From: an uncultured Gammaproteobacteria bacterium
GTDB lineage: Bacteria > Patescibacteriota > Microgenomatia > Levybacterales > UBA12049
NCBI GenBank assembly: GCA_964503265.1
Contig: CAZCYO010000003.1
Location: forward strand, 23,740 to 87,739
DNA length: 64,000 bases
Direction: 5' to 3'
A program made the position numbers and the translations under genes. A model generated the notes under the pieces. It was given only the letters and a program-made list of their open reading frames with translations. It was not told where the DNA came from and made no database searches. Shown one piece after another: positions 35,481 to 44,136 of the stretch. Within the stretch, counting starts at the first letter, position 1. Each line of letters opens with the position of its first letter.

Positions 35481-37857
35481 TATGGAAAGTGTCATTAGCT
35501 CATCTCAAACATTTATGTTGGCTCTTTTTATAGGAGTTATTGTGATTGGGATACTGCTGTTACTAGGGTATGGGTTAGGATATTTCTTGCTGTTATGGTT
35601 TCGTAATAGAAAACGCGAGTCGGACTCTCTTAATTCCACACTGTTACAAGTGGCAGTCTCACGCGATAATGAAGTTAAAATCGATGCCGCAGAGCAACTA
35701 TTTACGAGCCTTGCATCGATTCGGAAAACAAATAAAATGGCATATTTTGGTGCTCAGCCACATATTTCATTTGAAATTGTCGGTACTCCTGGAGACATAC
35801 GATTTTATGTCAATGTTCCAAATAAATTACGTGACTTTGTGGAAAAGCAGATTAATGGAGCCTACCCTGATGCCGATATCATGCCAGTCTCAGATCCAGC
35901 TGCAAAACAGCGAGCAAATAATATTTTAGGGAGTGAATATAATATTTTTTCTGAGAAGGGGAAAGTGGCGTTTGCCTCGCTTTATCTAAAAGGCGCACCG
36001 TATATGCCAATTAAGGTGTTTAAAGATTTTCCTGTTGATCCATTAGCATCTATTACGTCTATTTTGGCGAAAATGAGCGAGGGGGAGGGAGCTGCAATTC
36101 AAATCTTAATACGCCCTGCAGATCCTAAATGGAGAAGTATAGGTAAAAGTTATATTTCAAAAACAAAAAAAGGTGAAGCTAATCCTGAAACAGCTAAATA
36201 CTCAACAGATGCAAAAGAAATGGAAGGGGTGGAAAATAAAACCAATAAAGCTGGGTTTGATTGTACCGTTCGACTTGTTGTCTCAAGTAGTTCTCACGAG
36301 GCAGCAGAAGCACATTTATCAAATATGGTGCAAGCGTACAGTCAATATAACGGAGCAAATTCATTTAAGAAAAATAAACACCGCTTTTTTAAAGGAAGTT
36401 TCATCACTGACTTTATTTATCGTTATTTTCCACTTTTTGGACATACGTCGCTTCTTAATAGTGAAGAGTTGGCGACACTGTTCCATTTTCCAAATAAAAG
36501 TATTACCACTCCTGGTATTTACTGGGTAACATCAAAACGTTCTCCTGCACCTGCGAATATTCCAACTGATGGTTTATATTTAGGAAAAAGTACCTACCGG
36601 GGTATTTCACGTCCAATTCATATTTCAGATGACGATAGACGTCGACACATGTACATCATCGGAAAGACTGGAACTGGTAAGTCAGAATTTCTGAAACAAA
36701 TGATTATGCAGGATATTAAAAATGGAAAAGGACTAGCTGTGATTGATCCTCATGGAGATTTAGTCGAGGATGTTCTTCAGATGATGCCACCAGAACGTGC
36801 CGAAGACGTTATTCTTTTTGATCCAGCAGACACGTCTCGCCCGATGAGTTTAAACATGCTTGAGGCAGAGACAGAGGAACAGAAGCACTATGTTGTATCA
36901 TCTCTGATTGGACTGATGTATAAATTATTTGATCCGAATAAAACTGGTATCATCGGTCCACGATTTGAGCATGCGATTCGAAATGCGATGTTAACAGTTA
37001 TGTACGCAAAAGGCAGTACTCTTATTGAACTTGTCCGCGCCCTCACAGACCAAGCCTTTGTCCAAGAAATTTTGCCACTTGTCGATGATCCAATTATCAG
37101 ACGTTACTGGACTGATCAAATCGCACAAACGTCAGATTTTCATAAATCAGAAGTACTTGATTACATTGTGTCCAAATTTGGCCGTTTTGTTACGAATAAA
37201 ATGATTCGAAATATCATCGGGCAGTCAGATAGTTCATTTAACTTTAGAAAAGTAATGGATGAAGGAAAAATCATTCTCGTTAACTTATCAAAAGGAAAAA
37301 TTGGAGAAGAGAACTCAAGTTTCTTAGGGTTAGTGCTTGTGCCAAAGATTTTAACTGCAGCGATGAGTCGACAGAATATCCCACAGTCAGAACGCCGGGA
37401 TTTTTATCTCTATGTGGATGAGTTTCAGAATTTTGCGACACCTGATTTCGCACAGATTCTATCTGAGGCTCGAAAATATCGCTTGAATCTTATCGTTGCG
37501 AATCAGTTTATTGGACAAATGGATGAAGAAGTGAAAAATGCTATTTTTGGAAATGTAGGAACAATCGCGTCATTTCGTGTCGGCGTTACTGATGCAAATT
37601 ATATTCAGCACGAATTCCAACCGACGTTTAGTGAAGCAGATTTAATTAATGTTGATCGTTTTAATTGCTACATGAAGACACTCGTGAACGGTGAACCAGC
37701 ACCACCATTCTCACTTGATACGACCAAAAACATTGAAGAAGAGAAGAAATTGATGAATCCACGGGTCGCAGAACTCGTTAAAGAGCTTTCAAAATTAAAA
37801 TATGGCCGTGATGTCCATCTCGTTGAAGCAGAGATTACTCAACGTGCGAAGCTCTAA
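35470..37857 (+). CDS. membrane-anchored FtsK/HerA-superfamily ATPase, VirB4/VirD4 (type IV secretion / DNA-uptake)-like
   Basis: N-terminal TM hairpin. Walker A YIIGKTGTGKSEF at about aa 397, Walker B LYVDEFQNFAT, and a conserved C-terminal block ANQFIGQMD. Confidence 0.55.
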   Translation: MENNMESVISSSQTFMLALFIGVIVIGILLLLGYGLGYFLLLWFRNRKRESDSLNSTLLQVAVSRDNEVKIDAAEQLFTSLASIRKTNKMAYFGAQPHISFEIVGTPGDIRFYVNVPNKLRDFVEKQINGAYPDADIMPVSDPAAKQRANNILGSEYNIFSEKGKVAFASLYLKGAPYMPIKVFKDFPVDPLASITSILAKMSEGEGAAIQILIRPADPKWRSIGKSYISKTKKGEANPETAKYSTDAKEMEGVENKTNKAGFDCTVRLVVSSSSHEAAEAHLSNMVQAYSQYNGANSFKKNKHRFFKGSFITDFIYRYFPLFGHTSLLNSEELATLFHFPNKSITTPGIYWVTSKRSPAPANIPTDGLYLGKSTYRGISRPIHISDDDRRRHMYIIGKTGTGKSEFLKQMIMQDIKNGKGLAVIDPHGDLVEDVLQMMPPERAEDVILFDPADTSRPMSLNMLEAETEEQKHYVVSSLIGLMYKLFDPNKTGIIGPRFEHAIRNAMLTVMYAKGSTLIELVRALTDQAFVQEILPLVDDPIIRRYWTDQIAQTSDFHKSEVLDYIVSKFGRFVTNKMIRNIIGQSDSSFNFRKVMDEGKIILVNLSKGKIGEENSSFLGLVLVPKILTAAMSRQNIPQSERRDFYLYVDEFQNFATPDFAQILSEARKYRLNLIVANQFIGQMDEEVKNAIFGNVGTIASFRVGVTDANYIQHEFQPTFSEADLINVDRFNCYMKTLVNGEPAPPFSLDTTKNIEEEKKLMNPRVAELVKELSKLKYGRDVHLVEAEITQRAKL

Positions 37858-37901
37858 TTCCTTCTTTTTCGTTCTTTTTTTTGCTACAATCAAACTCATT
37901 C

Positions 37902-37975
37902 GGGTGTGTAGCTCAGTGGTAGAGCGCGACTCTTATAAAGTCGATGTCCTTGGTCCGATCCCAAGCACACCCACC
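37902..37975 (+). tRNA. tRNA-Ile (anticodon UAU by hand folding)
   Basis: GGGTGTG-TA-GCTC-AGTGGTA-GAGC-G-CGACT-CTTATAA-AGTCG-ATGTC-CTTGG-TCCGATC-CCAAG-CACACCC-A-CC. All stems are Watson-Crick. Positions 34-36 read TAT. Confidence 0.65.
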
Positions 37976-37980
37976 TCATT

Positions 37981-38733
37981 ATGAAAAAATCTTCAGATCA
38001 CGTTTTACTTGCTGTTGGTGCACATCCAGACGATATGGACTTTGGGGCATCTGGGACAATTGCAAAATTTGCTTCAGAAGGATGGGACGTTTACTATGTT
38101 TTGTGCACTGATGGATCGCGAGGTTCTGATGAACCACAGATGACACATGCGAAACTTGCCGAGATTCGACGTCGTGAACAACTCAAAGCCGGAAAAATTC
38201 TTGGCGTGAAAGACATTTTCTTTTTAGATCACCCAGATACACAACTTGAAGCAAATCTTGAGTTAAAAGAGGAGATCGTACGGATTATTCGTCGTATAAA
38301 ACCTAACATCGTGATTACGATGGATCCAACATTTTATTTTTCTAAAGAACCTCTTTTTTCAGGATTTCATTTTATCAATCATACTGATCATCGAGCTGCG
38401 GCTCTTGCGACGATGGATGCAGTTTTCCCACTTTCTCGTGATCGGCTTATTTTCCCAGAACACGAAAAAGAAGGACTTGGACTCCATGCAGTTGAAGAAT
38501 TATGGATGACGTGTTTTGAGGAGAAACGGCATACTGTTGATATAACTGACTTTCTTCCTAAAAAACTTGAAGCAATTGCAGCGCATAAAAGTCAGTATGA
38601 TGATTTCCCTTCAATCAAAGAGAGAATCACTGCTCGTGCCGCAGAATTTGCCAAAGAAGAGCACTATCACTTTGCTGAGAATTTTACTCGACTAGTGTTG
38701 CCTCCGCATAGAAATCGTTTTCAGAAAAAGTAA
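37981..38733 (+). CDS. PIG-L/LmbE family deacetylase
   Basis: LAVGAHPDDMDFGASGT...YVLCTDG...HTDH motifs. Confidence 0.75.
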   Translation: MKKSSDHVLLAVGAHPDDMDFGASGTIAKFASEGWDVYYVLCTDGSRGSDEPQMTHAKLAEIRRREQLKAGKILGVKDIFFLDHPDTQLEANLELKEEIVRIIRRIKPNIVITMDPTFYFSKEPLFSGFHFINHTDHRAAALATMDAVFPLSRDRLIFPEHEKEGLGLHAVEELWMTCFEEKRHTVDITDFLPKKLEAIAAHKSQYDDFPSIKERITARAAEFAKEEHYHFAENFTRLVLPPHRNRFQKK

Positions 38734-38759
38734 TCTTGCAATTATTAGCGATGTAATGC

Positions 38760-40046
38760 ATGATATGTACCATGTCAGATAAAATAAAAAAACTAGCATT
38801 AATCCATCCATTTTCACTTATTGACTTAGCTTGGCAAGATTATCTTAAGAAAACTTCCTTTTTTACGAGACTTGTACTTCCACCAACACTGTTTTATTTG
38901 CTTCTTGATACGCTTTCTTATGTGTCTCTTCATGGTGTATCGGGTCATCCTCTTGTCGTTTTTGCTCAAATAATTGAGCGTACCGTTCCACTGACAATTC
39001 TTTTATATAGCATAGCCCTTATCCTCCAAACTTTCACTACAGCAGCACTTCTCTCGGCGATAACTGATACAAAAATAACCACGGTACATGGTGCATATCA
39101 AGTTGGTTCGAAAAAAATACTATCACTTTGGTGGGTGACTATCCTCTCGTTCTTGATTGTTGGTGGTGGTTTTTTGCTTTTTGTTATTCCAGGGATACTC
39201 TTTAGTGTTTGGTTTACGTTTTCTCAATATGTTCTTTTTACTGAGAAAAAAAAGGGAATGGACGCGCTGCTTACCAGTCGAGAGTATGTGCGAGGATATT
39301 TTTGGCAAATTGCAATTCGAATTATTTTTATCGCATTAATTGCGGCAGCTTTATCCAGCATTGCAGGGTATATTTCACTTCTTTTCCAAAATGGGTTAGT
39401 CTCTCAGATAGCTCAAAGTATCGTTTCGTTAATTACTATTCCACTCGTGATGCTTTTTCAATATAAGCTATATGAAAATGTACGATCAGCCACCCCAGAT
39501 ATAACGATAAAACAGAAAACATGGTGGATGTATCTTATTGGTTCACTTATCCCATTTGTGCTAATTATTTGTGCGATTACTGCAGCTGTATTTATAAAAC
39601 CCATGCGAGTATCAGGCGATGCAATGCTACCAGTCTACAAGAATAATGCGTTTATTCTCTGGGGCACGTTTCCAGTAAGTAATTTTCCATCAAGTGAGCC
39701 GCTTGTCTATAAAAAAAATAATGAACTGACTATTCGGAGAGTTTTTGCAGGCCCTGGGGATACGATTGAGAAAAAAGGAAATACACTTGTTCGTCACGGC
39801 AAGAATTCTCCTGTACCTCCTGCTATGCGCCCAGCTAATCCATTACTTGTAGAATTATCCTTGTCACGATTTTCTCCTCCTTTTTCGATACTGGGTGATA
39901 AAAATACCTATGTTCTTAAAAACGATGAGTATTTAATGGTTGCAGATACTATGCAAAGCGTAACACCCAACTGGGAGATGGTTAAGAAGGAACAGGTAGT
40001 AGGAGAGCCTTATTTTTGTCTGTGGAATTGTACTGGGAAGGAATAA
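38760..40046 (+). CDS. polytopic membrane domain fused to a signal peptidase I (S26)-like domain that lacks the catalytic Ser/Lys
   Basis: VSGDAMLPV aligns to the S26 box B (SGSMxPTL) with Ala at the nucleophile position. RRVFAGPGDTIE aligns to box D (KRVIGLPGDTV) with Arg replacing the catalytic Lys. Confidence 0.45.
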   Translation: MICTMSDKIKKLALIHPFSLIDLAWQDYLKKTSFFTRLVLPPTLFYLLLDTLSYVSLHGVSGHPLVVFAQIIERTVPLTILLYSIALILQTFTTAALLSAITDTKITTVHGAYQVGSKKILSLWWVTILSFLIVGGGFLLFVIPGILFSVWFTFSQYVLFTEKKKGMDALLTSREYVRGYFWQIAIRIIFIALIAAALSSIAGYISLLFQNGLVSQIAQSIVSLITIPLVMLFQYKLYENVRSATPDITIKQKTWWMYLIGSLIPFVLIICAITAAVFIKPMRVSGDAMLPVYKNNAFILWGTFPVSNFPSSEPLVYKKNNELTIRRVFAGPGDTIEKKGNTLVRHGKNSPVPPAMRPANPLLVELSLSRFSPPFSILGDKNTYVLKNDEYLMVADTMQSVTPNWEMVKKEQVVGEPYFCLWNCTGKE

Positions 40047-40067
40047 CGAAGAAAAAAAACGATAAAA

Positions 40068-40970
40068 TTACAGTTCTGACAGGTGACTTGTGTCTTTTGC
40101 TCGGTCTTTTACAAATTCCAGATAGCGTTCAGTTGTTGAAATTCTTTTATGTCCTAAAATCTTTGAAAGAAGGACGAGTGAAACTCCATGTTTTAAATGA
40201 TGTGCGACGAATGTATGTCGAAGATCGTTTACTTTTGCATTTTCGATTTCAGCAAGTCTAAAATATCGTTCAATTGCGGTTCTAATATTTCGAACGAGGA
40301 ACGGTTTGCCTGATTTGGTAACGAAAATATGATTATCTGTTACTTGTGGACGACCTTTGAGATAGCGGCTAAGCGCTTCTTTAGCTGAACGATTAAGTGG
40401 AACGACTCGTTCTTCATGTTTTTCCATTGGGCGAATTCGAAGCGTTTCACCTTCGATATCTGTTAAACGAAGTTCGGCGAGTTCTCCAATTCTAATTCCT
40501 GTTTGAAGAAGTAGTTCGATAATAGCAAACATTCTTGGATCATTTCGTGCAGCGTCTCTAAGTGCTCGATATTCTGTCGGTTTAAGGATTCGTGGAGGAG
40601 CTAGTTCGTATTTTGGATGAGAAACAAGAAGCGATGGATCGTCAGTAATAATTTCATTTACTTTTAGATAACGATAAAAAGTACGTGTTGAGTTCAATTT
40701 ACGAGAAACTGACTTAGGAGTATATCCTTTATCTGCCATTGTTGCTAAAAAGGCTTGAAGATCTTCCGTTTTAACATCATGAACATTATGCTTTTCAAGC
40801 TCAGAAAGAAAAGAACTTAACTGCTCTATATCTTTTCCATATGCTAGAATAGTAGCACTGGAGTGCTTCTTGCTTTTTAAAAAGTCAATAAATTTTGCGT
40901 GCGCGTCTCGAATTTTGATCGGTTCTGACATACTATATCCCATAATATCAATAAATTCATGATTCGTCAA
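40068..40970 (-). CDS. tyrosine recombinase XerC/XerD family
   Basis: N-terminal SAM-like core-binding domain. C-terminal R...HTFVAHHL...GH..ISTTERYL with catalytic Tyr. Confidence 0.8.
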   Translation of the reverse strand: MTNHEFIDIMGYSMSEPIKIRDAHAKFIDFLKSKKHSSATILAYGKDIEQLSSFLSELEKHNVHDVKTEDLQAFLATMADKGYTPKSVSRKLNSTRTFYRYLKVNEIITDDPSLLVSHPKYELAPPRILKPTEYRALRDAARNDPRMFAIIELLLQTGIRIGELAELRLTDIEGETLRIRPMEKHEERVVPLNRSAKEALSRYLKGRPQVTDNHIFVTKSGKPFLVRNIRTAIERYFRLAEIENAKVNDLRHTFVAHHLKHGVSLVLLSKILGHKRISTTERYLEFVKDRAKDTSHLSEL

Positions 40971-41020
40971 CCCTTTTTATTGAGCAAAATAGGGGATAAT
41001 CGGGAGGAAAACGGAAAAAA

Positions 41021-41359
41021 ATGAAGAAAATAGCGTTTTTTATTATACTTATTCTTTCACTATTAATTATAAATAATCTTGTGCGTTCTATTTATAACTT
41101 GTGGCAAAAGCAGGATTTGCTAACAAAAGCAAAGAATGAAGTTGTTCGTGAGAAACGTCAAAATGATGAATTGAAGAAGCAACTCTCAGTCGTCTCAGCG
41201 CCAGAGTATGTCGAAGAGGAAGCAAGAAATAAACTGTTACTCCGTCGAAATGGGGAGAAAATAGTACTTATTCCATCTATTTCACCAACTCAACAAAAAA
41301 ATGAAAATCAGTTCAAAAAAGAACCTAACTGGAAACAGTGGATAGGATTGTTCTTCTAA
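41021..41359 (+). CDS. ftsB: septum formation initiator FtsB/DivIC family protein
   Basis: N-terminal TM, coiled-coil, and YVEEEARNKLLLRRNGEKIVLIP, the DivIC/FtsB C-terminal hallmark. Confidence 0.75.
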   Translation: MKKIAFFIILILSLLIINNLVRSIYNLWQKQDLLTKAKNEVVREKRQNDELKKQLSVVSAPEYVEEEARNKLLLRRNGEKIVLIPSISPTQQKNENQFKKEPNWKQWIGLFF

Positions 41360-41743
41360 TTACATGTCGATTTGGGGAGTATCCCTCCAAGGCCAACCAT
41401 AAGTAGTCTTTTGTATGAGAAAACAGCCATACATTTGTATTACGCTCTCTTTAAAAGACTTTCTCTGAAGAAATTGCACTACTTTTGTCGTAGCTACGAA
41501 AAGTAAGATGTGTGGGTCCGTGTTACAGGTATGATCTTTTTTTCGATGACTTATTTTTCTGAGTTGTAGTCTTCTAGTAGTAAGTCGTATTGATAGACAC
41601 TGAAAAACATAGTCACTGGCAAAACATCTCTATCCTCGAGCTATAGCATATTTTCTTAGACGTGTGTATCTCCATTCAGCTGTATGTTGAGGAGATGCCT
41701 GCTGCCCAATCTAACTATACATGAAGTAAATAAAATCAATATC

Positions 41744-44107
41744 TTATAGTTCTAGATGAAGGAGTGCTCGAAGCTCTGGAATTAAGGTGATAAGGAGTTG
41801 TAGAACAATTGTACTTAAGATCATAAAAAGAAAAAGTGTACTATTCTTTAAGGAAAATTTCCCACGAAGGAGATAGGCAATGAGCATATGAGAGAAAATA
41901 AGGACATTAAAGACAATTGTTCGAGATACATTTTCAGAGAAATAATGCATACTTGTGACAAATGTCAAAAGAAAGACTGAACACAACCCAAATCCAATAC
42001 TAATAATAAGTGTGGCTCTTCCTTTATCTAGAATAGGCGTACGTGGATCACGTGGTGGCTGTTTGATGATACGATGAGAGGTTCCTTCACTTGCAAGTGC
42101 GATAGCTGGCAAGCCATCAGTTATTAAATTTATCCACAAGATTTGAGTTGGGAGAAGGGGAGTTGGGAGATTAAGCATGGCTGCGAAAAAAACGAATAAT
42201 AGCTCTGAAAAATTACTTGCCAGGAGATACGTTATCGCGGTGCGGATGTTATGGTAAATAGTTCTTCCCTCAATAATGGCTGTAATAATAGACGAGAAAT
42301 TATCATCAGAAATGATCATATCACTAGCTTCCTTTGCAACCTCTGTTCCTGATTTACCCATCGCGACACCGACATCTGCTTTCTTAAGTGCTAGCGAATC
42401 ATTTACTCCATCTCCAGTAACTCCTACGACAAATCCTTGATCTTTAAGAAGTGATACTAGTCGCAGTTTATCTTCAGGTTGTGATCTCGCAAAAATACGA
42501 ATCTTTGGCAGGATATCTATGATCTCTTTATCTGTCATTGTTTTGAGTTCGTCACCCGTTATTACGTCTTCTTCTTGTTCAATAAGTCCAATTTCTCGAG
42601 CGATAGCAAGTGCTGTAAGCTCACTATCTCCTGTGACCATGATTGTGCGAATACCTGCATGTTTAGCTATTTGCAGAGAATGGCGCACTTCCATTCGGGG
42701 GGGATCATAAATACCAACAATTCCTAGAAAATGAAGTGCTGTTTCAGCTTCAATTCTACTTAGTTTTTTTACGTGGCCTTCTTTTTTAGCACCGAATGCG
42801 ATAACACGTAATCCTTCTGTTGCATAAGCCTGGATTTCTTTTTCAACTATTTTTTTGTCTTTTTCACTAAGAGTGCATTTTGCAAGTATTGCTTCAGGAG
42901 CACCTCGTACATAGACAACTGTTTGACTGTGCTCGTTAATGACTGTCGTAATTGTTTTAAATTCAGTATCAAAAACATATTCATCGAGAATCTTTCCGCG
43001 GCTAATGTCTGCGTGAATATTCTCATTCTCTTTTTCAGCAAAAAGAAGTAACGATCCATCAGTTTTATCGCCTGCAATGTCGAAGTGATGTGGAGAACCT
43101 TTTCGAATAAGTGAAGCCGTATTACCCAGGACACATGCTTTAAGAAGAGAGGGGAGGTCTCCTTTATCATGTAACCAATGTTTTTTAACTCGCATCGTGT
43201 TTTGGGTGAGCGTTCCTGTTTTATCTACAAGAATGTACTGCATGGCGCCAAGCGTTTCAACTGCAGGCATTTTTCTAATAATCGCACGTTTTCTCGCCAT
43301 TTTCGTGGTCCCAATAGCAAGTGCGATCGTAATAATGACAGGTAAGGATTCTGGAATAGCGGACACACAGATACTCATGACGATTAATAGTAGTGGTGCA
43401 AGCGCTCTCCCATACAAAAGTCCAAAAGGAATAATAAGGAGTGATAAGACAATAACAAACGCTGTGATAATTTTCCCTAAGTCGTTGATTTGTTTTTGTA
43501 GGGGTGCTTGTTCATCTTCTATACTTGAAAGAGTTTGGGCAATCTTTCCAAATTTAGTTTCCATGCCGATCGCTGTTATACTACATCTGCCATTGCCTTT
43601 AGTAATAAGCATCCCCATATATACAGGGTCGTTTTTATCTTTTATGACGGCAACTGACTCACCAGTTAACAGTGACTCATCACTTTCCAAATGGTGTGAC
43701 TCAAGTAATACTCCATCTGCTGGTATCCTATCTCCTTCAGAAAGCACGACGATATCCCCTGGAACCAAATCAACTGAAGAGAGCTCTTGTTCATGATTAT
43801 TACGAATGACTCGAACAACTGGCGAGGTATATGCTTTTAATTTTTCAAGTGATTTTTCTGCTTTATATTCTTGAATAAATCCAATAACTGCATTTAAGAG
43901 AATGACAGCGATAATGAAAACGCTATCGACGATATCACTAATAAAAAACGAAACAGTTGCCGCAGTGAGTAAAATGCCGTTAATGAGGGTTAGAAATTGA
44001 GAAACAAAGAGTGAAACAGCCGAGAAAGAAGATTCTACACTGATAGTGTTTTTTCCATATTTTTTTTGTTGTGCAATAACATCAGCAGTAGAGAGACCGT
44101 ATTCCAT
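41744..44107 (-). CDS. P-type cation-transporting ATPase (type II, Ca2+/Mg2+-like)
   Basis: DKTGTLTQN phosphorylation motif, TGDGVNDSLALKKADVGVAMG hinge motif, ~10 TM helices. Confidence 0.85.
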   Translation of the reverse strand: MEYGLSTADVIAQQKKYGKNTISVESSFSAVSLFVSQFLTLINGILLTAATVSFFISDIVDSVFIIAVILLNAVIGFIQEYKAEKSLEKLKAYTSPVVRVIRNNHEQELSSVDLVPGDIVVLSEGDRIPADGVLLESHHLESDESLLTGESVAVIKDKNDPVYMGMLITKGNGRCSITAIGMETKFGKIAQTLSSIEDEQAPLQKQINDLGKIITAFVIVLSLLIIPFGLLYGRALAPLLLIVMSICVSAIPESLPVIITIALAIGTTKMARKRAIIRKMPAVETLGAMQYILVDKTGTLTQNTMRVKKHWLHDKGDLPSLLKACVLGNTASLIRKGSPHHFDIAGDKTDGSLLLFAEKENENIHADISRGKILDEYVFDTEFKTITTVINEHSQTVVYVRGAPEAILAKCTLSEKDKKIVEKEIQAYATEGLRVIAFGAKKEGHVKKLSRIEAETALHFLGIVGIYDPPRMEVRHSLQIAKHAGIRTIMVTGDSELTALAIAREIGLIEQEEDVITGDELKTMTDKEIIDILPKIRIFARSQPEDKLRLVSLLKDQGFVVGVTGDGVNDSLALKKADVGVAMGKSGTEVAKEASDMIISDDNFSSIITAIIEGRTIYHNIRTAITYLLASNFSELLFVFFAAMLNLPTPLLPTQILWINLITDGLPAIALASEGTSHRIIKQPPRDPRTPILDKGRATLIISIGFGLCSVFLLTFVTSMHYFSENVSRTIVFNVLIFSHMLIAYLLRGKFSLKNSTLFLFMILSTIVLQLLITLIPELRALLHLEL

Positions 44108-44136
44108 GGGCAGAGTTCTATTGTATCAGAATGATT

